A stretch of 64,000 bases of DNA, from IMG/VR virus record IMGVR_UViG_3300049009_000874, positions 64,001 to 128,000 of that record; one strand, given 5' to 3'. This DNA is from a virus. Its lineage: Duplodnaviria; Caudoviricetes. Numbering within the stretch: the stretch's first letter is position 1; every line of letters begins with the position of its first letter. The position numbers and the translations under genes are program-made. Below, one piece after another: positions 46,882 to 56,671 of this stretch. The notes under the pieces were generated by a model. It was not told the DNA's origin, made no database searches, and saw nothing but the letters and a program-made list of their open reading frames with translations.

Positions 46882-47790
46882 ATGCTTATCAATGTCGATT
46901 ACAGACCGATGACAAAAGAACAGAAGTTTTTTTTGGCAAACATACTTACGACCAGCAGCAGGCTTCTAGGGAAGTGGGTCGCTTTGTCTGGGGTAAAGAA
47001 GCGCGGCGCGTTCCGCCACGGCATCTTGACCGGCAATCCAGACCTGTCAGTCATCCCGGAAGACATGCGGAAGGAGTTCCTGGGCGACGTGGAGACGATT
47101 CTCGTTCCCAAAAGAACGGTTTTTTCCGAACTTGGAGGAAGAAGCGTGGAGACCGCCGTCGTCGAGGGCTACATCCCTCTTCTGGTCAAATGGTCCAGGG
47201 GCGACGACGAATACCTATCCGAGTTGATATGCAAGGTATTGCAGAACATATACTACTTTGACGTTTCCAAAGCCAACCTGTCGACCTATATCGGGATGAT
47301 CAACAAAACCCTCAAGAAGACTTTTGCCGCCAACAACAGCATCGTCAGAACCCCGCTTGAATGGGGCGTCATAAACTACAACTTCGACCGGGCTGCCGAG
47401 CATGACGACGGAACCAGCTATGACGATTTGATCAAAAAGCTTGGGATCACGAAGAGGCAGAAGGAAAGCATGGACAGCTTCAAGAGGTTTTCCGGCATGA
47501 AGCGAATAAGCGAGATGTTAGGGGAAATCGAGGAGAAATCCGCCGACATGCCACAAGGATCACTCGCGATGCCGCCAGAATTCAACCTGGATGACGTGAA
47601 AGGACTCTCCGCGATACAGACGGAATGCGTGAAGGCTTTCATGAACGGGAAAAAAGGATGGCAGAGCGAGCTTTCAAGGCGACTTATAAACCCGAAGACG
47701 AAAAAACCGTACAGCAAGATGTTTATCGGCGTTTCGTTCAGGAAGGCTATAGAGAACATAAAGAAATCAATAGGAGATTCAAATGAATAG
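46882..47790 (+). CDS. Highly divergent sigma-factor-like protein
   Basis: YFDVSKANLSTYI (r2-like), IVRTP, C-terminal LS..Q..C...QSELS...KAIENIK (r4-like). Confidence 0.55.
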   Translation: MLINVDYRPMTKEQKFFLANILTTSSRLLGKWVALSGVKKRGAFRHGILTGNPDLSVIPEDMRKEFLGDVETILVPKRTVFSELGGRSVETAVVEGYIPLLVKWSRGDDEYLSELICKVLQNIYYFDVSKANLSTYIGMINKTLKKTFAANNSIVRTPLEWGVINYNFDRAAEHDDGTSYDDLIKKLGITKRQKESMDSFKRFSGMKRISEMLGEIEEKSADMPQGSLAMPPEFNLDDVKGLSAIQTECVKAFMNGKKGWQSELSRRLINPKTKKPYSKMFIGVSFRKAIENIKKSIGDSNE

Positions 47791-48118
47791 TCTTGCAGTC
47801 ATACCGATAGGCAAGTCAGGCGACCGAAATTTCTTCGCCGAATGGGATTTGCCGGCGGACGATATTGTGGGCAATCTTGTTGATTTTTTGGGTTCGCCGT
47901 GCGATAATGGTTTTGTTATCGTGGTCTCGGCTTTGCCATTGCCGATAACGGACTTAGTCTGCACTCACGCGGGAAGCGATTCCGAGAGCCATGTGTACAA
48001 AAGCGGCGGCAGAACGTTAAGGTTCCCGCCACAGTTCTCCGGCAAAGTAGGCGTTCCGGGAAGCCTGTACGTAGCGGTGAAAGTTCCAGGGAAGATACAT
48101 GTTCAAACTGACATATGA
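47783..48118 (+). CDS. Hypothetical protein
   Basis: AGGAG RBS. Confidence 0.65.
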   Translation: MNSLAVIPIGKSGDRNFFAEWDLPADDIVGNLVDFLGSPCDNGFVIVVSALPLPITDLVCTHAGSDSESHVYKSGGRTLRFPPQFSGKVGVPGSLYVAVKVPGKIHVQTDI

Positions 48119-48926
48119 GTCCGAAGCCAACGTTTTTGCTTTCGCAAAGAAAGTCAAGGAGTTCTGGAGCGAGAAGAGCGAATCCGCCTCAATGCCTGCT
48201 TATGTCGTCCTCCGACGCCTCGACGCAGTGGTGTCGGTGCTCATCTGCAAGAGGGAGGAGATTCTTCTTGATGTCGTCAAGGCTTGCAGGATAGGGGCTG
48301 GGATCGACGGCGTTTCCATATGCATCGACAGGAACATTGAACCCGAAGGGCTATCGCTACTGGTGTCCGGCGTAAGCCAGACCGGCATAGCTGCAAGGAA
48401 AATCCGTTACAGCATCGACGATAGACGTGAGATACATTGGGGAGAAGAGCTTGACTCAAGCCCGGGAGTCTGGCGTCCGTTCGAGGCAGCCATGTCGCGG
48501 GAACTGTCGTTCGACGAGATCAGGAGAATAGGAGCCGGCTTGGGTTTCTCGTTGGATCGGCAATTTTTCCACTCCATACGCCAGGTTTTTTCCTACCTTT
48601 CCCACAACGAGGACATATACGTGATCGATCTTGTGTCCCCGCGACACCCGGAATGGGTGGAGGCGGAAAGCAAGCTCTCGAAACTGTGCGAAAGCCTTGT
48701 TTCGAAAGGGATCATAACCATGGCGTGCCGTGACGAACTTATCTCCGCCGGGGAATACCTCGGTAAAATGGCTTTTTTGGACGAGGTCGAGCAAATCGTC
48801 GCCAGGAATATCGGCGGTCTCGACGCCTCGGTCGTGTCGAACCCCAAGGATTTCGCGGAGAGGCTACACCAGAAGATTTTCGACTTCAGGTTCGACCTGC
48901 ATAATTCCGAAATGATTCACTGGTGA
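48099..48926 (+). CDS. Hypothetical protein
   Basis: 275 aa, operon position. Confidence 0.7.
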   Translation: MFKLTYESEANVFAFAKKVKEFWSEKSESASMPAYVVLRRLDAVVSVLICKREEILLDVVKACRIGAGIDGVSICIDRNIEPEGLSLLVSGVSQTGIAARKIRYSIDDRREIHWGEELDSSPGVWRPFEAAMSRELSFDEIRRIGAGLGFSLDRQFFHSIRQVFSYLSHNEDIYVIDLVSPRHPEWVEAESKLSKLCESLVSKGIITMACRDELISAGEYLGKMAFLDEVEQIVARNIGGLDASVVSNPKDFAERLHQKIFDFRFDLHNSEMIHW

Positions 48927-49004
48927 TGTTTACTTGGTTTTCTACATCTGTATAATGTATCTAGAGCGTTTATCTCATCCAACTCGGCAACTGGGGCTCG
49001 CAAG

Positions 49005-49232
49005 ATGCGCAGGCAATTTGAGCACAAACGGAAGATAATAGACTATCTTCATTCCATAATGAAGTCGGCGTCTTCGTCCAAAGACGATGAGGTCAACACT
49101 CTGATGGATCTGGCGATGCTGACTTTCGAGTTCATGGACGAAGGCGAAAGGCAGAAGATACTGGATGCCATAGGCAAGGAATACAAGATGATGCCGCCAA
49201 CCATTTACCACATAGAAGAACTACCCTTTTAA
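49005..49232 (+). CDS. Hypothetical protein
   Basis: Follows TTTACT-16-TATAAT promoter at 48929-48956. Confidence 0.6.
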   Translation: MRRQFEHKRKIIDYLHSIMKSASSSKDDEVNTLMDLAMLTFEFMDEGERQKILDAIGKEYKMMPPTIYHIEELPF

Positions 49233-49243
49233 AGGAGCGACAA

Positions 49244-49672
49244 GTGAAACCGAAATTAGCGCACAAAAGCATTTTGTCTCTTATCAAGAAATGCTGGAAG
49301 ATAGACAAGAAAGTCAAGAACTTCAACGACTCCGAGGAGCAGATAGGCTATTCCCTCAGCAAGTCGGACGGACACACCTACATGAGCGTCTGCCCTACCA
49401 AGATGGAAGTCATCGGAGGCTCGGACGACGGCAAGCTCGTGTGGAACAAGTACGTGTTCGACATTGGAGGGTTCATAAGCAATCTCGTCGAGATGAAGGT
49501 GAGTGTCGACAATGTCGCCCTGGCGACCAAGACCAAGCCGTCGATCGAATGCGACCAGCTTCTGTTCTTGCTGAGCCACAAAAAAGAGAAGATATGCCTG
49601 AGCGTCTTCACCAGACCAGCCAACGATCTTGAGCCAAGCAAGAAATCCACCCATATCCAGGAGAGCGAATGA
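49244..49672 (+). CDS. Hypothetical protein
   Basis: AAGGAG RBS, GTG start. Confidence 0.7.
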   Translation: MKPKLAHKSILSLIKKCWKIDKKVKNFNDSEEQIGYSLSKSDGHTYMSVCPTKMEVIGGSDDGKLVWNKYVFDIGGFISNLVEMKVSVDNVALATKTKPSIECDQLLFLLSHKKEKICLSVFTRPANDLEPSKKSTHIQESE

Positions 49673-50136
49673 GCATTTTCGAAAGCTCTGAACCAACGGG
49701 GAAAAGCGAACTCGAACGCATGGATATAAACACCTTCGTCGTCAAGAAAAGCAACGGCAACTGGGTGTTCGAGAAGGACGGGTCTTTCTACAGCTTCGCG
49801 CCCCCGATGTTCGCCGAGATGACTCTTTCCCCGGTTATATTCGGCGCAGACAAGTTGATAAACTACGGATGCAAATTCAAGGGCATGGTGGGATACGAGG
49901 ACGGGTTCAACCTTTTGGTCTCGTCTTCCTACTTCCCGGCGTGCGACATCAGGCTGACGTATGCCGAGCCATTCTATGACGGCTGGATATATGAAGTCGA
50001 CGGCGAGAACCTTAAGGGCTTCATGGAACAGCAGAAGACATGGATGTGTCCCTACCTCAAAATGTACTACGACAAGCCGCCGTTGAAGCTGTACCTCAAG
50101 ATGGAGTCAATCCCCGAAAACGGCGCACCAGTATAG
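49669..50136 (+). CDS. DUF6717-like protein
   Basis: WVF, GAD, GF.L..S..FP, GW.Y, WMCP.L.MYY..PP..LY. Confidence 0.6.
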   Translation: MSIFESSEPTGKSELERMDINTFVVKKSNGNWVFEKDGSFYSFAPPMFAEMTLSPVIFGADKLINYGCKFKGMVGYEDGFNLLVSSSYFPACDIRLTYAEPFYDGWIYEVDGENLKGFMEQQKTWMCPYLKMYYDKPPLKLYLKMESIPENGAPV

Positions 50137-50610
50137 GCTTCCGTCGGAGGCTTTGGAGACCCCGAAGCCAACCCTTCCGAAACTCCGGTTCATTATGTTT
50201 TCCCTGTGACCCTTTGAGTTCATCCAGGATTCCGTAACCTCATTTTCGTCTTCCTGGTTCCACGCTATGTTCTCGCCTACGGTGTGGAACTTCCCCAGAA
50301 GAACCCCTATATCCGAATGCTTCAGGTTTTTCTTCCGAGCCATCCAGTCCGAGTGATCCTGCGCGTAGCCCACAAGCGTCTTGTCCAGCTTTAGACCTGT
50401 CCTTCCCTTGTATTCCCTTTCCCTGTTGTGCGTCGCTAGTAGGTTGGTGTTTGTCGCCGAGAACTCGCTATCCGGGGCAGGAGGCGCCGGTATCGCTTCG
50501 TGATTCTTCGGAACTATGTCGGTCCACACGTCGACGTCTCTGGATGGGCATCCGGAGAGAAGAAGAATCACCAGTAAAAACCTAAACGTGCTTTTTAGCC
50601 GAATCGACAT
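50107..50610 (-). CDS. CAP (SCP) domain lipoprotein
   Basis: LLSGC lipobox; HN..R, AQ.HS..MA, GENIA, WMNS.GHR.NI, G.G. Confidence 0.9.
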   Translation of the reverse strand: MSIRLKSTFRFLLVILLLSGCPSRDVDVWTDIVPKNHEAIPAPPAPDSEFSATNTNLLATHNREREYKGRTGLKLDKTLVGYAQDHSDWMARKKNLKHSDIGVLLGKFHTVGENIAWNQEDENEVTESWMNSKGHRENIMNRSFGRVGFGVSKASDGSLYWCAVFGD

Positions 50611-50728
50611 GGACTTCCCGTTCCTTTTTCGACTCGAACGCAATATTCGTCGAATCTCATGTATGTCGCCCTTATTTGTTTCCGACAACATATATACATT
50701 TGCGTAAATCTTTTAGCACGGTGACAAA

Positions 50729-51124
50729 ATGGAATTCAAGAGTTTTTTAGAGTACGACATATCGAACGCCATCAAGAACATAGCCAAAACGTTCCGCTAC
50801 GGAACCTACTGCGGTCCGAACAAGACCGGGGATATAGTGTCCAAGCCCTGCAACGTGCACGACAGCGGCGATCCCCTGAAACCGCCAAAGGACAAGCTTG
50901 ATTCGCTTTGCATGAGCCATGACGTCGACTACTGCAAGTGCGGCGACGAATGGACCGCCGGACTATTGGGAAACAAGGGATCGGAATGCAGCCGGGAGGC
51001 GGACAAGAAGTTTATCGGCGACATACGCCAGAACATTGATTCCATGAGCCCCAAGGAGAAATTCGTAGCGAACCTCATATTGGCTTATTTCAGGATGCAC
51101 GGAAACCTGCAGAAAATCATCTAA
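50729..51124 (+). CDS. Phospholipase A2-like protein with capsid-targeting-like N-terminus
   Basis: YGTYCGP Ca-loop, DKLDSLCMSHDVDY catalytic HD, ADKKF; MEFKSFLE. Confidence 0.8.
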   Translation: MEFKSFLEYDISNAIKNIAKTFRYGTYCGPNKTGDIVSKPCNVHDSGDPLKPPKDKLDSLCMSHDVDYCKCGDEWTAGLLGNKGSECSREADKKFIGDIRQNIDSMSPKEKFVANLILAYFRMHGNLQKII

Positions 51125-51152
51125 ACGCGGCGAATGGCTGCTATGTTAATTC

Positions 51153-51917
51153 ATGTCGATTCAAAACGATACATATGGCAGCCACCAGAAAGCCTACATA
51201 AAAATGGATCGGCACCTGGGCGATTCCCTGGTGTGCCTCAACCTCATCTACAGTTACCACGTCAAGAACAATGTCGGCGTGCGTGTCTTCGGCTCCGGCA
51301 CCGTCAAGGATCTTTTCGACCTGTTCGATTTCGGGGGGATGACCTTCGGGGGAGGCTGGTCCGATTCCGTTGAGCCAGAGATTTGCATCAACGAGTTCCT
51401 CTCGAGGGGGGCGAACCCGGAATCGACTTTTCTGAGGAATCGTCATATGCGGTTCGATAAAAAATTGGGGTTCGACCCGAAATGGATAGTTCTCCCCAAG
51501 TGCAGGATAAAACGATTCGGGTGCAACCACAACGTCTATTTCCAGTTCGACTCCAGGTCGCCGAGAAACCACGGGAAGAAACCGTTGACGCCGACCGAAT
51601 GTCGCATGATCCTGAGCCAGAGGTCCACGAGGAATCCGATAGCCATAGGCGGCAAGGACACAAGGATATACCTAGGAGGCTATATGTACCACCTCGGCGA
51701 CCTTTTCGGAATCTCGAAAAAACTCCTCGGCTGCAGGAAGTTCATAGGGGTTGACAGCGGCATGTCGCATTTGGCTGGCACTCTCGGGGTGAAGTCGGAA
51801 ATAATAAACATGCACAACATCAGATCTGTCGAGCGCGAACTCATGGATTTCTACCGGGAAATGTACCCTTCGACGGTCTCCTTCAGAAGGCAGGATCTGC
51901 TCTCCAAATTGATTTGA
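51153..51917 (+). CDS. GT9-like glycosyltransferase, paralog 2
   Basis: HLGDSL, FIGVDSGMSHLAGTLGV. Confidence 0.75.
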   Translation: MSIQNDTYGSHQKAYIKMDRHLGDSLVCLNLIYSYHVKNNVGVRVFGSGTVKDLFDLFDFGGMTFGGGWSDSVEPEICINEFLSRGANPESTFLRNRHMRFDKKLGFDPKWIVLPKCRIKRFGCNHNVYFQFDSRSPRNHGKKPLTPTECRMILSQRSTRNPIAIGGKDTRIYLGGYMYHLGDLFGISKKLLGCRKFIGVDSGMSHLAGTLGVKSEIINMHNIRSVERELMDFYREMYPSTVSFRRQDLLSKLI

Positions 51918-51942
51918 CACGTAATCGACCTTTTGCTACCAT
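51914..51942 (+). promoter_or_regulatory. Sigma70-type promoter
   Basis: TTGACA-17 nt-TACCAT with TG extension. Confidence 0.65.
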
Positions 51943-51974
51943 TATTCGGAATTCAAACCCGAACGGAGCTGTTT

Positions 51975-52424
51975 ATGCATTGCATCGCTTTGATACTTTT
52001 TCTCGCCTCAAACCAAACTGCCGACGAGGTAGCCACGAAAAACTTCTGGATAAATTTCAACGACATAATACACAAGTTCAACAAGACGGTTAACTCCAAT
52101 CCCTCGAAAGCCTCGGTCGAGATAAAGGAGACAATCGCGAAGATACGCTGCCTCCCGACCAAAAACGTCGACATGCTTGTCTTGAAGTACTCAGAGAAAA
52201 GAATAACGCTAGCCGTGGAATACGCCGATTTCATCGACTCCCTGAAGATCCCGGAAGACATACAGTTCTACAAGACCGAGTTCCCGATCAAGAGCCAGAG
52301 GGACAAATTCAGGGACAAGCAGAAGTACTACGACAGACTCCAGGAAAGGTACAAGGACATGGATTCCGAACAGAAGGTGCTGATAGCCTACCTTGATGAA
52401 AAGTACAAGATGAAGAGCAACTGA
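51975..52424 (+). CDS. Secreted helical protein
   Basis: GGAG RBS, signal-like MHCIALILFLA. Confidence 0.65.
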   Translation: MHCIALILFLASNQTADEVATKNFWINFNDIIHKFNKTVNSNPSKASVEIKETIAKIRCLPTKNVDMLVLKYSEKRITLAVEYADFIDSLKIPEDIQFYKTEFPIKSQRDKFRDKQKYYDRLQERYKDMDSEQKVLIAYLDEKYKMKSN

Positions 52425-52430
52425 TCACGG

Positions 52431-53252
52431 TCACTGGTCAAGGAAGACGGGACTCCTTATAATGTTCTCCCCGGTTCCTCCGCTTGTTTTATCTCCGATG
52501 TGTTGCACCAGAGACTCGACCGGCGAGAATATCATGCAATCGTTCATCATCGACCATTCCTTGACTATCATGTCGTAGGCGTTCAGAAAGTCGGGGCAAC
52601 TTGGCTCGACCTGCGTGGAACTCACCGAGTTGGTCACCTCCTCCATGAAATTCCTTATGTCTCTCAGAACCGACTTGGGATAGAATACCGCCTGGGTGCC
52701 AGCCCACGTCATCTTGGGAACCTGGAAGTAGTTCTTCGAAGACCTGCATTTGTTGTGCGACAGCAGGCTGAATATGTATTTTTCGTAACCGTCGTTCTCG
52801 ATCTCGTTCAGGCACACCAGCATCTTGCGGAACCAGTCGTTCTGGAAAACCACGTCATCCTCGAACACCAGGCTGTTCTCGTAATCCGAAACGCTCAGGC
52901 ATTTGATGTAATTGTAGCTAGCCATGAACTTCCTCGGGAATAACTTGAGGTTCGACCAGTTCTCCCTGTCCCAGCAGATTATACGGAGGTTCTTGTGGTG
53001 CTTGTATTTTTCGAGGTATCCCGACTGGTCGGAGGACACTATCAGGTTGATAAGGTAGTTGTTTGGCATGCCGCCGAGAAGCATGCTCGCTAGCGTGCTG
53101 TGGACATATCCTTCCGGTCTGTCTACTGTCGAGACCACCACGTTCATCCTCAATTGGGACGACAAGGACTTTGGCGTGAAGTCGGCGTCAGCCAATCCTT
53201 CCGGAAGGCTGACCCTGACCTTGCAATCCATCCTCTTAGGTTTGATCAACAT
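52431..53252 (-). CDS. GT-A glycosyltransferase (GT25/GT54-like)
   Basis: STV.R..Y...TL.S, VFEDDV, SLVQHIG. Confidence 0.7.
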   Translation of the reverse strand: MLIKPKRMDCKVRVSLPEGLADADFTPKSLSSQLRMNVVVSTVDRPEGYVHSTLASMLLGGMPNNYLINLIVSSDQSGYLEKYKHHKNLRIICWDRENWSNLKLFPRKFMASYNYIKCLSVSDYENSLVFEDDVVFQNDWFRKMLVCLNEIENDGYEKYIFSLLSHNKCRSSKNYFQVPKMTWAGTQAVFYPKSVLRDIRNFMEEVTNSVSSTQVEPSCPDFLNAYDMIVKEWSMMNDCMIFSPVESLVQHIGDKTSGGTGENIIRSPVFLDQ

Positions 53253-53269
53253 GCATATAATCTAGTCAG

Positions 53270-53656
53270 TTACTTGAGGTTTTTGAGCTTGTAAATGGTT
53301 TGGTAGGTCAAAGCCATAATCTCGTCGAGTATGTTGTGGAGGTGGGTGTCGTCTTGGTCGAGTCTTTTCCTTCCATCCTTGACGCTGTCGGCGAAACCTT
53401 CCATGTATTCCAGTATGTCCTTGGACTCGAGGATGCAAGAGTTATAGCCGGAAATGATGCCGTACTGACCCTGGTACGTCTCCACGAAGGTGTCCGCGAG
53501 ACCAAGGATCCCATCGTAGAAAGAGCCAAGAGCATTGTGCTCCGCGTAGCTCTTGGTCTGAAGGTGAGCCACGTGAGCCACGTTTCTGGCTTCGAAAAAC
53601 TTTGCCACAAGGTCTTTGACCTTGCTTCCCGACCTGAACTCGTTGATGCTTTTCAT
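53270..53656 (-). CDS. Ferritin-like DUF5856-type protein
   Basis: HVAHLQT.SYAEH.AL..FYD...D.FVE.YQG, L.NI.DE...YKL..L; ATACATA upstream. Confidence 0.8.
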   Translation of the reverse strand: MKSINEFRSGSKVKDLVAKFFEARNVAHVAHLQTKSYAEHNALGSFYDGILGLADTFVETYQGQYGIISGYNSCILESKDILEYMEGFADSVKDGRKRLDQDDTHLHNILDEIMALTYQTIYKLKNLK

Positions 53657-53721
53657 GTTGATTTTTCCTCGGTTTGGATTTAATGTATGTATTCGTCCAC
53701 GAATTTTTTTTAGGGGCAAAC

Positions 53722-54825
53722 ATGAACTGGATAGCGCCAATATTGACCGTTGTTGGCTTGGGCGTCGGATTTTGGGCTGTGGTGAGGTACATAGTCCTTT
53801 TCGACCTAAGGGTCGACAACAACACTTTCAGGACGATATACGAGTTGATCGAGAAGGAGGGGCAGTTCGTCATCGAGGAGGAGTTCTTCTCGGAGAAAAG
53901 GCATCCCGTGGTCTACAAGTCCATATGCTTCATGGAAGGAGTGCCGTGGTTCTACATCGCTCACTCCGAGAGGCTCTTGCAAGCCGGCTTCCAGGGCAAA
54001 GACCTTGTCACATCCATAACCTGCTTCAGGTGGAACCACTCGAAAATCAAGCGTTTCCTGTCCGAAAAACTGAAGTCCATGCAGCTCTCCACGTTCGGAG
54101 TCCCGGTCAGGGTCGCTTCGCCATGGCAGACAGACAAGATCGGCTCGATAAAGACCGCCGACAATCCAGTCGTCGACGAGTCTCTGTGGCTTGATTTCTG
54201 CGAGGAGGTCGGGGAGGTGGCAAGGGGAGTATTGCCGAAGACCGGGGCGATACTCTACGGCGACCCCGGCAACGGAAAGACTTCTCTGGTCAAGTATCTC
54301 GCGGTGAAATACCAGATGCCCATAACGATAATAACGTTCGTGCCGGAATTCACGAACATGGACATCATGTTCATGTTCTCGCAGATAGGAAACAACTGCA
54401 TCGTGCTTCTGGAGGATTTCGACAACTACTTCGACAAGAGAAGGTGCATAATAGGCGAGAGCGGGCAGGGCGGCAACAACATGGGCATAAAATTCACATT
54501 CGATTCTATACTCAATTGCCTGGACGGGGTCTACAACAACTATGAGGGCGTCGTCTTCATCATGACCGCCAACGACATAGGCAAGATAGACGACTCGCTC
54601 AAGAACAGACCCAGCAGATTCAAGTACGTGAGGAACTTCTCCAACCCGTCGCCAGTCGTGAGGGAGAATCTCATAGGGGAATGGTCTCGGCATTTCGGCG
54701 GGTTGAACCTGGACCAGATCATGAGGGTGAGGGAATGCAAGACCAACGGCATGACGGTCAACGAAGCCAAGTCGAAGATCAATTTCGAGGCGGTCCAAGA
54801 CCGTGAGGTCACGAGTGAGACCTAG
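53722..54825 (+). CDS. Membrane-anchored BCS1-like AAA ATPase
   Basis: N-terminal TM; GDPGNGKTS, LLEDFD, LNCLDG, MTAN, RPSRF. Confidence 0.85.
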   Translation: MNWIAPILTVVGLGVGFWAVVRYIVLFDLRVDNNTFRTIYELIEKEGQFVIEEEFFSEKRHPVVYKSICFMEGVPWFYIAHSERLLQAGFQGKDLVTSITCFRWNHSKIKRFLSEKLKSMQLSTFGVPVRVASPWQTDKIGSIKTADNPVVDESLWLDFCEEVGEVARGVLPKTGAILYGDPGNGKTSLVKYLAVKYQMPITIITFVPEFTNMDIMFMFSQIGNNCIVLLEDFDNYFDKRRCIIGESGQGGNNMGIKFTFDSILNCLDGVYNNYEGVVFIMTANDIGKIDDSLKNRPSRFKYVRNFSNPSPVVRENLIGEWSRHFGGLNLDQIMRVRECKTNGMTVNEAKSKINFEAVQDREVTSET

Positions 54826-56621
54826 CGGATCGTCCTTTCCTTTCGGCGGACGAAACTCTCGTACGTGTACATGTTCTCGTCAGGGCTAGCGCTCTTGCTT
54901 GTTTTAGCCGGCGCTTGACGCTTCTGTTCTTTCCCGGACTTGTCGCCGGAAGCTGCACCAGCGACCGCCCCTCCTATAGCCCCGCCGGTGGCGGCTGAGT
55001 GAACGATGATTTTGGTGTCCAATTCGATGGGCTTGTCAGGATAGTATCCGATGTCTTTGAAATATTTTATTTGATCGAATTTCTCGATTTCTGCCGTTAG
55101 TCCTTGGTTTTTGAGTTCGGCGGATAGATCCGCGTATGCCTTGTCCATCATTTCCTTGACCGACAGTTGGGTGCCGTCGACATCGACAGGACTCATCGTC
55201 GCGTGAAACTTTATAAAGAGCGTGTCTGGTCCGAGCGTCTTGTCCACCAGCTTGTTGAGAGAGACGCTGGTGAATGTGTCCTTGAACACCAATTGGTCGC
55301 TTATCTTGTCGAGCGTTGCCTGCGATACGTCAGAATGAGAGAAAACCGCAGCCGGATCGGTTTTTCCGACCCAATCATCAGGAACTCCCTCTTGGTCGTG
55401 AGTGTGAGTTTTAGAATAAGCGAACGTCGAGGCTGGAACCTCGTCTCCTACTTCGCCACGCCAAGGTTTGTCTCCGGTGTTGCTGTAGTGGTTGTCTCCA
55501 TGAAAATGGTAATTTCCGTCCTCGTCCTTGACGTAATCCATCTTGAAGTTCTTGTGAATCCAATCCATGTCCTCCTGGGGGGCGACTTCTTTAACGGTGT
55601 TCGCAGCCATCGCGTCGACGCCCTTCCCTATGCCATATCCTATCAGAGAGCCCACGCCCATGAGGAACAGGACTTTTCCTATCTTTAATTTGTTCTCGTT
55701 TGCGAACTTGGACATGGACCCGAATGATTTGCTGATCAGGTTCTTGGTGTTCACCGTGTAATTGGTCGCCTTCCCGGCTACCGAACCGAGAGCCTTTCCG
55801 AATCTCTCCCCGGACCTTTTCAGTCCTCCCTCTTGAGCCCATTTCTTCGCCTGGCTCGCCTTTTTGCCTATGTACTCTTCACCCGATGACACCTTGTTCC
55901 CTAGCCAGTTCCCAGCCTGCTTCACCTTGTCTCCGAAATAACCCTCTTGGATGTCTCGCATGTCACTGTATGAAGAGAAGTCCGTCCAAGCGAGCTGCGG
56001 CGTTGGCGTCGCTGCGTTCTGGGTCGCCCCAGTCTGGTTCGCGCCCTTCATCGCGTTCTGGACCATCCCGGCGCCCTTCTGAGCCATTTCGACGCCCTTG
56101 TCGTAAACGTTGCCGGCGATCTTGTTGACTGGCTTCCTCACGAAGTACATGAGCGCAGCCATCGGCACGGCTGCGGGTCCGCCAACCATGCCAGCCAGAA
56201 GGATGGATGTAGCCAGGGGAATCGATATCCCGAGCTTTGTTGCGTAATCAGCGGCAGCCTTCCTAGCCTTTTCCATGTGCGGCGTGACTTTGCCGCTGTA
56301 TTTCTCCAGAGTGTCTTTCAAGAGGTTGTCGTTGTTTTTGTTTCTGGTATCGGAGTAACCTTGTTGCGCCCCGGAAACAGCGGACTTCCCGAAGTCCATG
56401 ATGCCCTTGCCGATCCCAGAAGCGACGGAGCCGATCCCAGAAGCGACGGACTTGGCTTTTTTCCACCAGTCGCCTATGGCTTCGTTGACCACCTCGTCGT
56501 TTCCGAATTTCGAGTATACCTCGAACAACAGCTCATCGCTCAATCCCACGCCTCTGCGCTCAAGATATGAAATGACATTGTTCCTTTTGATTCCGTTGAT
56601 ATGTTCCATGAATGTATTCAT
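54822..56621 (-). CDS. Large putative head-internal/ejected protein with hydrophobic hairpins
   Basis: MNTFMEH start, A/G/K-rich amphipathic helices, two hydrophobic segments, GGAIGGAVAG zipper; ATAGATA upstream. Confidence 0.6.
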   Translation of the reverse strand: MNTFMEHINGIKRNNVISYLERRGVGLSDELLFEVYSKFGNDEVVNEAIGDWWKKAKSVASGIGSVASGIGKGIMDFGKSAVSGAQQGYSDTRNKNNDNLLKDTLEKYSGKVTPHMEKARKAAADYATKLGISIPLATSILLAGMVGGPAAVPMAALMYFVRKPVNKIAGNVYDKGVEMAQKGAGMVQNAMKGANQTGATQNAATPTPQLAWTDFSSYSDMRDIQEGYFGDKVKQAGNWLGNKVSSGEEYIGKKASQAKKWAQEGGLKRSGERFGKALGSVAGKATNYTVNTKNLISKSFGSMSKFANENKLKIGKVLFLMGVGSLIGYGIGKGVDAMAANTVKEVAPQEDMDWIHKNFKMDYVKDEDGNYHFHGDNHYSNTGDKPWRGEVGDEVPASTFAYSKTHTHDQEGVPDDWVGKTDPAAVFSHSDVSQATLDKISDQLVFKDTFTSVSLNKLVDKTLGPDTLFIKFHATMSPVDVDGTQLSVKEMMDKAYADLSAELKNQGLTAEIEKFDQIKYFKDIGYYPDKPIELDTKIIVHSAATGGAIGGAVAGAASGDKSGKEQKRQAPAKTSKSASPDENMYTYESFVRRKERTIR

Positions 56622-56671
56622 TTTTTTTCCCAGTTAAACTGTTTTCGATATCTATGTTTCAATTATTGCAT

